64,000 nucleotides of DNA from Eledone cirrhosa (Eukaryota): assembly GCA_964016885.1 (NCBI GenBank), contig OZ024743.1, positions 175,274,001 to 175,338,000 on the forward strand. The letters run 5' to 3'. Shown in pieces: positions 63,518 through 64,000 of this stretch; the stretch's first letter is position 1, and every line of letters starts with the position of its first letter. Both the position numbers and the translations under genes were made by a program. The notes under the pieces were generated by a model that was not told the DNA's origin, made no database searches, and saw only the letters and a list, made by a program, of their open reading frames with translations.

Positions 63518-63540
63518 ATATATATATATATATATATAAA

Positions 63541-63578
<38 letters not shown>

Positions 63579-63751
63579 TAAAAGGAAAAGAAAATGCTGA
63601 CAAATTGTTCCCAGTGAAAAATAGTTTAATTAGGAATAAGTAAAAATTAGTAATAATTATTGGTTAGTATTCAGTTTTGGTTTTAAGCCTTTACCGGTTG
63701 CGCATTTTTAATGCTTTTCAAAAATAATTTTGAGATAGAGCGCCCGTGATG

Positions 63752-64000
63752 TTTGCTCTAATCTGATTAGTTTTGGAAATTCTACCTGTTTTATGTGAAA
63801 AAAGTGGCTCCAGATATATATAAATAAGTTTCGCGCCAATTCGTGTTGCAAAAATTCTTGTGGTCAAAACAAATCAAAATTGTTTTGACCACAAGAATTT
63901 TTGCAACACCAATTGGCGCGAAACTTATTTATATATATCTGGAGCCACTTTTTTCACATAAAACAGGTAGAATTTCCAAAACTAATCAGATTAGAGCAAA
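63752..64000. repeat. long palindrome, arms at least 121 bp, 7-nt loop at 63873-63879, running off the window
   Basis: direct reverse-complement match with one visible mismatch. Confidence 0.92.

Overview
AT-rich eukaryotic genomic DNA, densely packed with microsatellites. It is most likely from an octopod cephalopod, inferred only from the tRNA-derived SINE sequence and the repeat landscape. No host gene can be supported. The window is a set of nested retroelements: six Tx1-like (L1-clade) LINEs in two head-to-tail arrays, one in (ATT)n tracts (1-8551, minus strand) and one in (TATC)n tracts (26791-41950, plus strand, one copy with an open 1146-aa ORF2); three R4/Dong-type RLE LINEs; six short bipartite RTE-derived elements in (ATGT)n; two Penelope-like families with hammerhead-like motifs; eleven tRNA-SINE copies; a CR1-like 3' fragment; small MITEs; and many fold-back repeats. 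The most notable pattern is an apparent microsatellite-targeting Tx1 system. Its members share one 3' terminal motif but sit in different microsatellites, and the local SINE shares that 3' motif and the ATT target, which suggests a Tx1-SINE partnership. All calls were made by eye, without searches or folding programs.
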